From assembly GCA_965240325.2 (NCBI GenBank), contig OZ251237.1:1488001-1552000 (forward strand): a DNA stretch of 64,000 nucleotides, in the 5' to 3' direction. Both the position numbers and the translations under genes were made by a program. This DNA is from Rebecca billardiae RCC1528. Lineage: Eukaryota; Protista; Haptophyta. Positions 21,712 to 32,720 of the stretch are shown one piece after another. Position 1 is the first letter of the stretch; every line of letters begins with the position of its first letter. The notes beneath the pieces are model-generated. The model saw only the letters and a list, made by a program, of their open reading frames with translations. It ran no database searches and was not told the origin of the DNA.

Positions 21712-22606
21712 GAGCCGCGCGCGCTCCGGACCCGTTGCACGGGTGAGTAACCGTGAGCGTATGAAAAAACGACAAGCGTATGAAATCTCGCGGTTTTGTC
21801 GCTCGCGCTGCCGCATGGCTGACGTCCGCGCCGATCCGAGCGCAATGGTGCATTGCGAAGCCGATTCGCAATGCACCAATCCAATCCGCATGTCAATCGA
21901 CCCAACCGTCGCTGAGAACGAACGACAAAACCCAGGGCAGGTGTCCACCACGAAGCCACGCCGCGCGCGCGCTGGCAGCGTGAGCCGGCGCGGTTGCAAA
22001 GGGTTGCCCAAAGGCAGAGAGATCAGCCAATGCGGCTACCTTCGGCAAGCACGCCACCTCAGCGTCAGCATCGGGTGGGGCCGTGAGGATACATGCCCTT
22101 GGATGCGGCTCCAGCCAAACGGCTCTCGACGCGGGGAGCCGCCATCGGCCGCGAGCGCGTACACGGATACACGTGCTGTCCTCGTGAACGAGGATTCAGG
22201 AGACGAGGCGCGGCCCGCGATGCGCAGGCAAGACCTAGGGAGTGGCTCACGCTTTGATCGCGGGTACGGGTACAGAAGGCGTGCGCACGCAACCACACCG
22301 CCTTCGTGAAGCGCGTGGGCAAGCTGCTGAAGCTCTCACGATGCGCGCTTACTTCTCATCTCCGTGCGCTCGCCGACCGCTCACGCTGCCTTCCGCGCGG
22401 CGGACCTGGGAAACCTGCCACCTGGCGCGCACGACGCAGCGCGTAACGCGGAAGGTGGTAGATCTGCTGCCACGCTCCCGCTGCCGCCGCCGGCGGCGGC
22501 AGCGGCATGCCCACGATGCGGCGACGGTGCTGATGACTATCACTGCCAAAGTGTCGTTTTTTCGGCGCTCACGCGTGCAACGGGTCTCCGGCGCTCGGCG
22601 CGGCTC
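21712..22606. mobile_element. Degenerate inverted-repeat element (~60-bp imperfect arms)
   Basis: GAGCCGCG...GACCCGTTGCACG.GTGAG...GAAAAAACGACA at 21712-21774 is inverted at 22552-22606. No TSD identified. Confidence 0.5.
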
Positions 22607-22737
22607 ACGCCGCCGTCACGGCGCGGCCCCGGTGCGCGTGACTGACCCGTGGCCGGCTCCCGCGGGGTGGGCCCGCACCGGCCCCGGGCCGGCCCGGCCT
22701 GGGTCTGACTGAGCCCCCAATAAGCTATATATATATA

Positions 22738-24432
22738 GAGAGAGCCGACGTCAGTTGTATTGCCGCTTTGGATAGTGTGGTCAGTTGTATTGCCAAAAGC
22801 ACGTTATGACTACCGTGGTCAGTTGTATTGCCGTTTTCAGTAGTATGGGTCAAGAATATTGCCGCTTTTGGATAGTGTGTCAACAATATTGCCCCTCAAA
22901 TACTGGTTTCAAACCAATGACCCTTTCACAGTACTTGGTTCACGAATATTGCCGTTTTCGAGCTTGAACATAGTCTGCTCAGAAATATTGCCCTTTCCAT
23001 AACTATGTGTCCGTTGTATTGCCGCCAGCAGCTCATGGCTGGGGCACAACTCGCACTCAGACAAGAGACTCGCGCAGCCCGTGTGCGCGTGCGTGCAGAG
23101 CTGCGACTGCCTGCGCGCGGCATGCAGGATACGCGACAGCAACCAACCGACATGCCATCATCATGCGGCCTGCGTAGCTCATCTTGACTTCCAGTAGCAG
23201 TCGGCGCTTCCCGTCGCCGTCGCGCTTGCCGCCCGCCGGCGGCCGGCCGCCAGCGCCATCGGGACTGCTGCTACTTCAGCGGCCACGTGAGCCGCATCGC
23301 GTCCCATGCCGCTGCACGCGCCGCCTCAAGCTGCGACCGCGCTCGCCAAGCCTGCCACTCGGGTTCCAGCAGCAGCAGGAAGCGTCGCCTGCCCCTCCTG
23401 CTTGCTGGCTCGTCGAGGCGCGCGCGGCGCACCGCCCGCCGGTCGGTGCGTTGTGTCCCAGCTGGCAGTACGCCTTGGACTTCCTCCTCCACGGGCCAAT
23501 CAGCCTGCGTTGACGAGTGCGACTGGCGCATGGTCAGCCACCTGCACACGGTTGGCCACAGGGCAGTCTGCTGTTGGAGTGATGACAATCGCAAAAAGGC
23601 ACGCGCCAGCAGTGTTGCACGAGCGAGAGCGACGCGCGTTGGTTGATCGCCACGGTGTGAATGACAGTCGATGGCAGGCAGTGAGGGGGACGCGCGTCGC
23701 GTTGGTCAAGCTCCTTGAGGCCGTTGAAGAGCACACGCCCGTCGTGCACGTTCGACTCCCGCGAATCGGGGCGCAGCAACACACGCTCACCCTGCTTCAC
23801 GCATGCACCTGCATGCGCTGCCGTCGCAATGTCATCGACTGCGCGCTTGACGGTCCCGGAGTCGAAGTGAGCACGGAGCAACGCCGATTCGATAGAAGTC
23901 GCGACGGATTCTCGCCCGTCTCCGCGTAGACGGCGAGTAGCCCGAGGTGCACGCGCGTGTTGCACTGCGCGCGCATGCGGCAGCGTTTGTGCAGATTCCG
24001 GTCCACGGTTCAGCTCGTCGTTCGGCTTGATGATGTCGAGGAACACGGCGCTACCCCGGCAGAGATCGTCGTCGTTGAACGTCACTCTTCTGGCCTGGGA
24101 TCAGCTAGGCCTGCTCAAGGGCACGCCGCGCACGCCGGCGGCGCGTAGGCGCCAGCGCCATCATCAGCGCGTGGGCGATCGCGGCAACAAACCTGAATCA
24201 AAGATGCGCAAACGGCAACACAACTGACCCACACTACGCGACGGCAATACAGCTGGACAAAGTATTGGGCCATCATCCACGGCAATACACCTGACACAAG
24301 TATTCGACGTTGGCAACAAGATTGACACGTGATTCCCAAACATGGAAAACGGCAATACAACTGACCACGGTAGTCAAAACGTGCGTTTGGCAATACACCT
24401 GACCACACTTTCCAAAACGGCAATACAGCTGA

Positions 24433-24506
<74 letters not shown>
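22738..24506. mobile_element. Non-autonomous TIR transposon with subterminal repeat arrays (MULE/foldback-like)
   Basis: ~90-bp TIRs (22750-22838 / ~24345-24433). Eight GTCAGTTGTATTGCC-like units at each end in inverted orientation. GA/CT tracts lie outside the TIRs with TA flanks. Decayed CCHC knuckle at 23438-23479 (-). Confidence 0.8.
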
Positions 24507-24510
<4 letters not shown>

Positions 24511-25358
24511 GGTCTGAGCCTGACGCTTGTCCGATGCTGCCACGTCGTTAAATATATATATATGGTGCACTCTGCAGGCTGCAGTGCATCCGGATGCCTA
24601 TATGATCAATAACCATCAACCTGGCACCGGGGCATAGCCCAATAACAATAAGGTATACAAAATCAAGGCCAAAAGAGTGACAATAACGGTCCGCTTGCTT
24701 GCCATTGTAAAAGTTATCAATTATCATTATAATATCTGCATGCAGCTGCCAGCTCATGCCATCAACGGCTGTCGGCTATCACTATCAGTGGCTGTCCGAG
24801 TGACGGCGGTCCGCGGCGTCACGGCGTCGGGCGTGCCAATCCCCGGATAAATGATTTATTTATTAATTTAATAAATGGCGGATCTAATGGGCGGATCCGC
24901 AATCGAGTGACTTATTGATTGATCTCGACCAAAACAATTATATGATTCATATTCATCATACTGCACCCGGAACACAGACTCTCACACAGACTTCGGCGTC
25001 GTCTTAGCCGTATAACGGTACTAGCTGCTAGTATAAGTATTAGCTACTAAAGCTAGTATACATTTACAGAATACAGTTATTATCACAGCAGTACGGTTAG
25101 TGAGTGACAAGGGCCAGTCTGACTGAAGACCGTCTGTTTAATAATACAACACTATTCCCTATAACCAGTACATGCGTCGCTTGTACAGTAAAAACGAAAA
25201 TGACAGTCTGAAGCATTTTACTCACTTTTAGCGGGCGTAGCCACTGCCGTAGTCGTAGACTCAAGTCTCATACGGAGAGCGTGCGATGAACTTGAAGTCG
25301 ATGGCGCGGCAACCTGCCAGGACCGTGAGTCTTACGCACGTTAAAACAAAGAAACTGT

Positions 25359-25407
25359 AATCTCGCCTGCCTGAGCTGTGTGCGTCTCTTATTCTTAGTA
25401 AACTGTA
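25359..25407 (+). repeat. ~50-bp direct repeat, copy 1
   Basis: AATCTCGCCTGCCTGAGCTGTGTGCGTCTCTTATTCTTAGTAAACTGTA, matching 27662-27712 apart from a 2-bp indel. Confidence 0.9.
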
Positions 25408-25560
25408 CTGACGATCCGTCTGACCGTCCGTCATTGTCAATAAGATTGGGCGGGCGACGCGCCGACGCTTATCATCAGAGTCCGGACGAGGAATCCGGGT
25501 TCAGGAACCCGGAACCGAGTGAATCTGGAATATCGCCCAAAAACGATCAAAATCGGCAGC

Positions 25561-26880
25561 ATGGGGAGCTGTGGCAGCGCGCCGAAGCAAGAGGACGACG
25601 AGCGGCTCGCCGAGGGCGAACCGCGGAGCGACGACCTCGCGAGTGATGCGCCCGGCGCGGACGTGAACCTGCGCACAATCGAACGCGAGCGCACGATGAG
25701 CCCGTCCAGCTGGCTCAACTACGGCCGTGAGATCTGGTCTGAGCAGTACGGCGCAGACTACCTCTTATATCGCGAGTCCCGTGATTCTGTGAAGAATCCG
25801 GCGGAGGGGCAGGAGCCCAAGCTGGCGCTGGCGATGACGCGGCTTGCGTTCGCGAGCGTCGCCTCCTTCGTCAACACGCGGCCGCACCACGCGTCCAGCG
25901 GCGGCGCGCTCGTGGGCAGAGCGACGGTGCTCAAGAGCGCGAATGTGCCCAAGAGCGAGTTCTTCACGCCCGGGCGCACGCTGACGGCGCACGTGCGGTA
26001 CTCGAGCGCGGGGTACGGCGGGCACTCGCGCGACGACGCGGGCATGGACATCCGCGGCTGCGCGATCAAGCTCGTCGCCACCACGTTCAGCCTCGACCTG
26101 GTGATGAGTACCGGGCAGGGCTGCGGCTTCTTCAACCTTGAGAACTTTCTCACCTTCCTCGACGTGAGCGTGTCCGGCTCGGACGAGCGGCACCGCGAGT
26201 GGTACGGGCGGCACCCGAGCGCGGCCACCTCGCACATCAGCGCGTACAAGCGCGCGCCGAGCTCGTACGCCGAGCTCGACTACGCGACGCAGACGTGCCT
26301 CGAGTTCATCGCGTCGGACGGCAAGCGGTACGCGGCACGCTTCCGCTGCGTGCCCGCCGGCCGCGGCGTGGGCACGCCGGTGCGCCCGTCGACGGAGGGG
26401 CTGCCGGACTACGACGACCAGGTGGCGATCGTCTCGACGCACGCCGACACGCACCGCAAGCGCAGGCCCGGCGAGACGCGCGCGAAAGACTACCTCTCTG
26501 CCGAGCTCGCGGCTCGCGTCTCGGCCGGCCGCGCGGTCGAGCTGCGCGTGCAGATTCAGCTCAGGCCCGTGTCCGGCTCGTACCAGCTGTTCAACCCGAG
26601 CGTGGCGTGGGACGAGGCGGAGTACCCGTGGTCGGACCTGCTCTCGCTCACGCTGCCCGACTACCTGCCGCCAGACGAGGCCGACGCCCTCGCCTTCGAC
26701 GTGGGCAGGCTGCCGCCCGCCACACTCGCGCTCTTTGACGCAAAGTCGACGGCCGACTACAACTCGCTCAACCAGGCGCGCGCGCGCGTGTACGCCGTGT
26801 CGCAGCGCGCGCGGAGGGCGGCGTGCTGCGCGTGCTGCATCGGGCTGACGGCCAAGGGCGCGAGCGAGCAGAGCCGATGA
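25561..26880 (+). CDS. Stand-alone catalase-related allene oxide synthase / hydroperoxide-metabolising heme protein
   Basis: Motifs match catalase-related AOS domains: RPHH (distal His), PKSEFFTPGRT..VRY, DDAGMDIRGCAIK, LDLVMSTG, WDEAEYPWSDL and YNSLNQARARVY (proximal R-x3-Y). N-terminus MGSCGS. Intronless. Confidence 0.85.
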   Translation: MGSCGSAPKQEDDERLAEGEPRSDDLASDAPGADVNLRTIERERTMSPSSWLNYGREIWSEQYGADYLLYRESRDSVKNPAEGQEPKLALAMTRLAFASVASFVNTRPHHASSGGALVGRATVLKSANVPKSEFFTPGRTLTAHVRYSSAGYGGHSRDDAGMDIRGCAIKLVATTFSLDLVMSTGQGCGFFNLENFLTFLDVSVSGSDERHREWYGRHPSAATSHISAYKRAPSSYAELDYATQTCLEFIASDGKRYAARFRCVPAGRGVGTPVRPSTEGLPDYDDQVAIVSTHADTHRKRRPGETRAKDYLSAELAARVSAGRAVELRVQIQLRPVSGSYQLFNPSVAWDEAEYPWSDLLSLTLPDYLPPDEADALAFDVGRLPPATLALFDAKSTADYNSLNQARARVYAVSQRARRAACCACCIGLTAKGASEQSR

Positions 26881-27661
26881 GCCATGCGTGGCGTGTGGGC
26901 AGCGCGCGGCGTGCTGCCCTCAGCCCTGCGGCCCGCGGGCGGCCCGCCGTGGATGCAGGCTGGCGTGTGCGGACCGCGGGCGCGACGCCGCCTCGTCGTC
27001 ATGCGATGCCCCGTGCCCGCCACGGCGTCGCGAATGATTCGCGCCATCGCACCATCACGCATTCGGATGGCGGTGCCGACCGAATGGGCACTCCCACCGC
27101 CGACGTGATGATCTTCACGAGCTGTAGTCCATCATCTGTGCTGGACTACAGCATCAGTACCGATGCCGCCAGATCTGCCGCTCCGGCAGATCCGACCGGC
27201 CGACTCACCGGGCCAGTCAATGAGTCATAGATAGAGTCGCGGAGACTGCTGGCAACTGTGCATGCTCAACAGCAGTGACTTGACCTCACTAGACCGACTA
27301 GTTACACCGATGACCGAACGTGAACGGTCACGCCGGGACCGAAGTCCTGAACGAACGGTACTCGGTAGTGCGGTCCAAGTGCCTCAAGTCTCAAGTCAAG
27401 TCGTAGTAGTCCGATGGCAGCAGCGGTCGTGCTGAAGTGATATACAGATAATGTGACTACTAGCTGTGACTGTGTAGACCTGTTGAGTCCGCGGAGAGGA
27501 GTGAGTCAGTCAGACAGTGAGTCTCACGATGATCGAATGACTGCTATACCGCCGTATATATAGTACTCTGAGTGTCAGAGCAAGGACGTAACTACCGGCG
27601 GATGATGCTGTAGATCGACCATCGGCGACGGCTTCATGGGCGGTGACAGTTGGCGGGCGTC

Positions 27662-27712
27662 AATCTCGCCTGCCTGAGCTGTGTGCGTCTCTTATTCTAT
27701 TAGTAAACTGTA
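27662..27712 (+). repeat. ~50-bp direct repeat, copy 2
   Basis: See copy 1. Confidence 0.9.
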
Positions 27713-27716
27713 GTAG

Positions 27717-30352
27717 CACAGTGCCGGATTGGAATTTTCCGTGACGCTTCGGACGGTCCGCAGCTCGAGTCAGCGAATCCGGTCTCGGCCGGACAGTGGA
27801 ACTCGGGTGGAAGCCGCGACTTCGCGGCGGACGGAGCCTCAAACGAGCGGCTGTCTCGGCTCGCGGCGCGATCTACTCGGCGAAGACCGGCGAGGCTGCT
27901 CGCGGGCCCGACTATGCGTCGACGCGGGCTGGGGTCGTCTTCCGCGTGGCGCTGGGCAAGTGCCTCGCCGCCCTGATGGGTGCTCTTCTTTCGCCCTCAC
28001 GGCGCGCGCGGTGCGTTTCGCGAGCTTCTTGCATGCGCCGCCCGCGGTTGCGCCCGAGCCTGATGCTTCAGTCGACACGGCAGGTGGCTCGCGCAGGGTG
28101 GGATTGTGTGCGGGTGCCGCTGGCGGTGCGTCTCACCCTCCTGACATTGTGTGGGAGGCTGTGACATTTCACGCGTACACCCCGCCACGCCCGCGGCCCG
28201 CCCGCGCAAACGCCGCGCCGCGCAGTTGTCTTTGACCTCGAGCGAGCCTGAGGCGTGGAGGCGACCGACGGCGGGGTGCGACTTGCCCACCGACCTGAGC
28301 CGCATCACCCAGCGCAGCCTCGCCCACGACGACGCTTCGCCTGGCTGCCACTGCTCAGCCGCGTGCAAGGCGGGCTGGGCGACGTCTTTGCCGAGCGCGG
28401 CTGCAGCGCAGCACGCGAGAGGCTGGAGCGCCATGACGCGGATGGCGGAGCGGGCTTTGGGCTGGCTGGCATGAGCCGCCAGGCTGTACCGTCCGCGCAG
28501 ATCGCGCTCGGCCCGGCCGCAGCCCTCCTGAGCGCGCGCCTCAGAGCTGAGACTGATCACGTGCACGCGCACAAGCCACACTGCCGTGGCTGTGTCGAGC
28601 AGCTGCGTGTGCTCGAGGCGCGGCGCTCGCACGGGCCACGCGGGCGCAGCGGGTGCGCGCAGCTGGCGCACGCAGTGCCACGTCCTGCCGCGCCAGTTTG
28701 GCGGCCGTCCGCCCCCCCGAGCTCGAGTTCTGCGCGCTTTGCGACGGCGCGGCCGGCCGCGCCCATCTTCATGCTTGGGCACGCCAGCATGGCCGCCGCC
28801 GGGCCTGCTGCGCGCGCCGAAGCTGGAGGGCGGAGGAGGGCGCTGGGCTGCTCCTACGGCGTGCTGCAGCCCGGGCAGGCTTTTCCGCGGCGCGGCGAGG
28901 CCGTCGCGCCTGCTCGCCGCCGTCGAGTCGCCCGTGCTGAGTGACCGTCGGCCGCACGTGCTCGGCGGCACCGCAGGCAGGCGTCCCATACCAGTGTGCT
29001 CGAGCCGCTGCGCGCACCCAAGGCGAGCTGCTCGAGCGGGCTAGGTGGGCCCACGGAGTGCGCGCAGCTGGCGCACGCAGCCCCGCGTTATGGGGTGTCG
29101 GTTTGACGGTCGCCAGCCCCCGTGGGCTCGAGCTCTGTGCGCTTCACCACGGAGGTGCCGACGGCGCCCCGCGGCGCGCAACGGCGGGGCAGCATGGCCG
29201 CCGCCGGCGCCGCCGCACATGCCGCCGCTTACGGGCAGTCGAGAGCTTGGGACAGCACCTACGGCATGCTGCAGCTCGGGCGGGCTCTGCCAGCCTGCTG
29301 TGGCGTGATCGCGCATTTTCCAGACCGTCGACTCGCCCGCGCTGCATATTTGTTTGCTGCGCGTGCTCGACGGCGCCGCTGCTGCCGCTACGGCCGCGCG
29401 TTGCTGCGTCGCGAGCGAGCCCGATGCGAGCTGAACGGCGGCGTGCTCATCGCTGCTGGCGCAGATGGGCGCGTCATGGTGGCCACGCACGATGCTGAGT
29501 GCTCGCGCGTGCCAGACGAGGCGCGTGCTCGCGCTGTGGCTCAATGTCCGGCAGTGCGCGTGGCAGGCCGCAGCTGCTCGACCACAGAACCAGCGGGCAG
29601 TGATCGGGCTGCGCGCGCGCAGCTGATGGCGGCGAACGAGCGAGCCCGCACCGCCGCGCAAGGGCTGGGCGACTGGCGCCGAGGTGGCGCGCACGTCGTC
29701 CGCTGCCGTTGGCATCGCGGCGGACGCTTCAAGCTCGTTCGGCCGGCGTGTTTTCTCCGACGCCCACCTGCGAGCGCTGCCGGCACCGTGCTCGGGCGTC
29801 AGTATCGGTGGGCTCGAGCACGCGTGGTGAGGCGCTCGGAGCGGTCGACGGCCATGATCGGGCAGCGCACGGTGGGCGCAGGCCACGCGCACGCCAGCGC
29901 CCCGCGTGGCGTGGCTTCACGGGGCGCAGCCACCAGGAGACTGTGCTGCGACGAGCTCGGGCGCGCTCGGGCGCCGCTGCTCTGCATTTTCCCGAAAAAT
30001 CGGTTTTCGTGCCCTCGACCGGCGGCATGCCGCCGGGGTGGCCGCAGCTGCGCTCGGAGCAGCGCGCACGGGCACCGCCGTGTGCGCCCGCCCGCTTTCG
30101 CCGCCGCCGAGCTCGAGCACAGCGCTGCGCGGGGCTGCGTAATGCCAACGGCGCATGATTTTTTGCCCGCGCCGAGCGCGCGTCGGCGCGCGCAGCGCGC
30201 TCAGGTGTGGCCTGCTACCAAGGTCTGTGCCACGATTCGACGCGCCTATGGTGCGCCGAATTTAGGCGCACCGCTTCAGAATTGTCCGATGATTCGACTA
30301 GTGGTGCGGACAACTTAAAACGAGTCACCCTGAGCAGTTTTCCGGCACTGTG
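27717..30352. mobile_element. CACTA/EnSpm(CMC)-like non-autonomous element with decayed cargo
   Basis: 12-bp perfect TIR CACAGTGCCGGA / TCCGGCACTGTG with a 2-bp AG duplication on both sides. The interior has a diverged duplication ~28640-28880 / ~29055-29290. Confidence 0.65.
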
Positions 30353-30420
30353 AGCCCGAGTTGCTCGGATTGACTACGAATCATGACTTACCGGACGAGT
30401 TCAATAATTAAACGGATTAC

Positions 30421-30423
<3 letters not shown>

Positions 30424-30485
<62 letters not shown>

Positions 30486-30501
30486 TAGATAGATAGATAG
30501 G
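30424..30501. repeat. (TA)n-(GATA)n microsatellite
   Basis: Direct reading. Confidence 0.95.
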
Positions 30502-30806
30502 ACGAACTTTGAGTCATCATCACAGGTCGTCCTGCGCCTGGCACTGCTGCCGCCCTCGACGGCCACTGGCACACCACGCCACGCGCAGCACGAGCTCGGG
30601 CGGCTGCTGGTTGGGCTGCTCCGCCGACACCGCCGTGCTACACCCGACGCAACCGCGCACACGGTCAGCGGAGCACGGGATGATGGATGCCTGGGGCTGG
30701 CGCGCAGCCCATCGCAGCCCATTCGGCGTGCGGAAGGCGGCGGCGATCACTCGCACGCTACGCACGTGCAAGCCCGTGCGACCAGCGCACCCGCAGCGGT
30801 CCGGGC

Positions 30807-32180
30807 TCAGCGCGGCCTACAGCGCAGTGGCGGCAGCTGCACCACGCGCTGAAGCATCGGCTGCACTCCGCCATCAAAGCCCACGCCCAGGCCGAGCGCG
30901 CCCGAATGCATGCCGCATGCGTGCACGCCGCCGTCCGCCGTGACGTAGAGGGCGTGGCTATCGCCGAGTGAGCAGTCGAGCACGCGCGCAAGCGCGAGGC
31001 CCTCCACCCGCTCGGGCAGCGTGCGATCCATTCGGTCCCCCTGCCCCAGCTGGCCAAAGTTGTTGTACCCAAACGTGTGCACGCTGCCGTCCGCGCACAC
31101 CACCGCGCTGGTGTGACAGCCCGCGCAGGCGCGCACGGCACGCATGCCGCCCAGTGCGTCGATGCGCGTGGGCACCAAGCGACGCGCCTCGTCACCGTGG
31201 CCGAGCGCGCAATCAAAACCATCTCCGAAGGAGTGCACGCCGCCCGCTGCGTCCACCACCAGGCTGTGCGTGTAGCCCGCGCTCACGTGCACGGCGCGCA
31301 CGCCCACGAGCGCCTCGATGCGCCGTGGCGTGCGCTGTTGCTGCTCGTCACCGTGGCCAAGGCGGCCGGCACCGGCGTTCCCGCACGCGTACACGGCACC
31401 GCAAGCCGAGAGCAGCAGCGTATGCCCCCCGCCCGCGGCCACGCCGCCCACGCGCACGCCGTCCAGCGCCTCGATGCGCGTCGGCTCCAGCCTGTTTTCC
31501 GTGTCGCCGTGGCCGAGCTGGCCATAGCCGTTGTGACCGCAGCTGTACGCCACGCCAGCGGTCGTGAGCACGAAGGTGTGCCAATAACCGGCTGCAACGC
31601 CGACGACGAGCTCCGCGCCCAGCGCCGCCACCTGCACGAACGCCCGTCGCTCAGCCTTGTCGCCCACGCCCAGCTGGCCCTGGTCGTTCCTGCCACACGC
31701 GTACACGGCGCCCGCCTCGCTCAGCGCGAGCAGGTGCTTGGCACCGGCAGCCACTGCACGCACGCGCACCGCCTCCAGCGAGTTCACGCGCGTCGGCAAG
31801 AGCATGCGGGACTCCCTGCTGAGGTCGGGATGGCCCAGCGGTGCGCCACACGTGTGCATGCCGCCGTCCGCGGCAACAAAGGCGGAAAATCTCATCTCGA
31901 AGGTTGGGCTGGCAGAGGCGACATGCGCGTGCGCGTGGGCGTGCTCGAGCACACGCTCGCGCGCGAGCAGCTCCCTCGTCCACGTGGACACACCAACGGG
32001 CAGGCTCGCTGGCAGCGCGGCCTCGTGCCCCCGCGCGCACGCGCGCTCGCGCAGCGCGAGCTCGAGCGGCGCGCCGCGGAAGAGGCGCGCGGTGGCGTTA
32101 GCGGCGGCGAGGTCACGCACGGCATCGAGTTGGGCGATGATGCGCGCGATGAGCTCGGGTGGCAGGTCGGTCAGCCGCAT
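30807..32180 (-). CDS. F-box-like / RCC1-repeat beta-propeller protein, copy A
   Basis: N-terminal LTDLPPELIARIIAQL (F-box-like) followed by ~7 RCC1 repeats (VAAGxxH...VYxCGxNxxGQLGxG). Intronless. Confidence 0.9.
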   Translation of the reverse strand: MRLTDLPPELIARIIAQLDAVRDLAAANATARLFRGAPLELALRERACARGHEAALPASLPVGVSTWTRELLARERVLEHAHAHAHVASASPTFEMRFSAFVAADGGMHTCGAPLGHPDLSRESRMLLPTRVNSLEAVRVRAVAAGAKHLLALSEAGAVYACGRNDQGQLGVGDKAERRAFVQVAALGAELVVGVAAGYWHTFVLTTAGVAYSCGHNGYGQLGHGDTENRLEPTRIEALDGVRVGGVAAGGGHTLLLSACGAVYACGNAGAGRLGHGDEQQQRTPRRIEALVGVRAVHVSAGYTHSLVVDAAGGVHSFGDGFDCALGHGDEARRLVPTRIDALGGMRAVRACAGCHTSAVVCADGSVHTFGYNNFGQLGQGDRMDRTLPERVEGLALARVLDCSLGDSHALYVTADGGVHACGMHSGALGLGVGFDGGVQPMLQRVVQLPPLRCRPR

Positions 32181-32720
32181 GGTACCGGCTGCCGCGCGCG
32201 CGCGCGTCGTCGTCGTGCCATCAAGCCGGTGGTCGTGCCTCCTCATCAATTAGCGCATTCATCAATTCATCTTTTTCCATTAGCACTGCGCATCGACAGC
32301 GTTCGTGAGCAGTCCGGCAGTTGAAGTTGCATGCTGCGCGTCGACGCAGGAGACGACGTCGTGCGTCTGCGTACTAGGCTCTGAGAGCCAGAGCGGTGTG
32401 CGGAGCCCCCGCGCGCAACCTAATGAGCGCATCGTCTGCCCCAGCACCCACGCCACCCGCCGGCGCACCACGCCATGCGCAGCGCGAGCTCGGGCGGCAG
32501 CTCCAGCACCGCCGTGCTGCCACACGAGGCTGCATGCGCGGCCCACGCTGTACACGGCAGCGCACTCGGCACAGCACGGGCCGATGGCAGCGGGCCTCCG
32601 TGGCTGGCGCTTGGCAGCGTGGCCTGTTGTACGCAAGGAAGGCAGCGGCGAGCACTCGCACACGCCGCATTCACAAGACTGCGCGTGAGCGGCTATCTGC
32701 CACTGGCCGGTTGCTCAGAG

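Noticed and set aside
22750-23023. CRISPR array
   Set aside because: Units are only 15 bp and degenerate, the array is mirrored at 24183-24433 with the same outer 'spacers', no cas genes are present, and the context is eukaryotic. These are transposon subterminal repeats.
27717-27760. RAG/Transib recombination signal (CACAGTG heptamer)
   Set aside because: No ACAAAAACC-like nonamer at 12 or 23 bp on either end, and the duplication is 2 bp rather than 5 bp.
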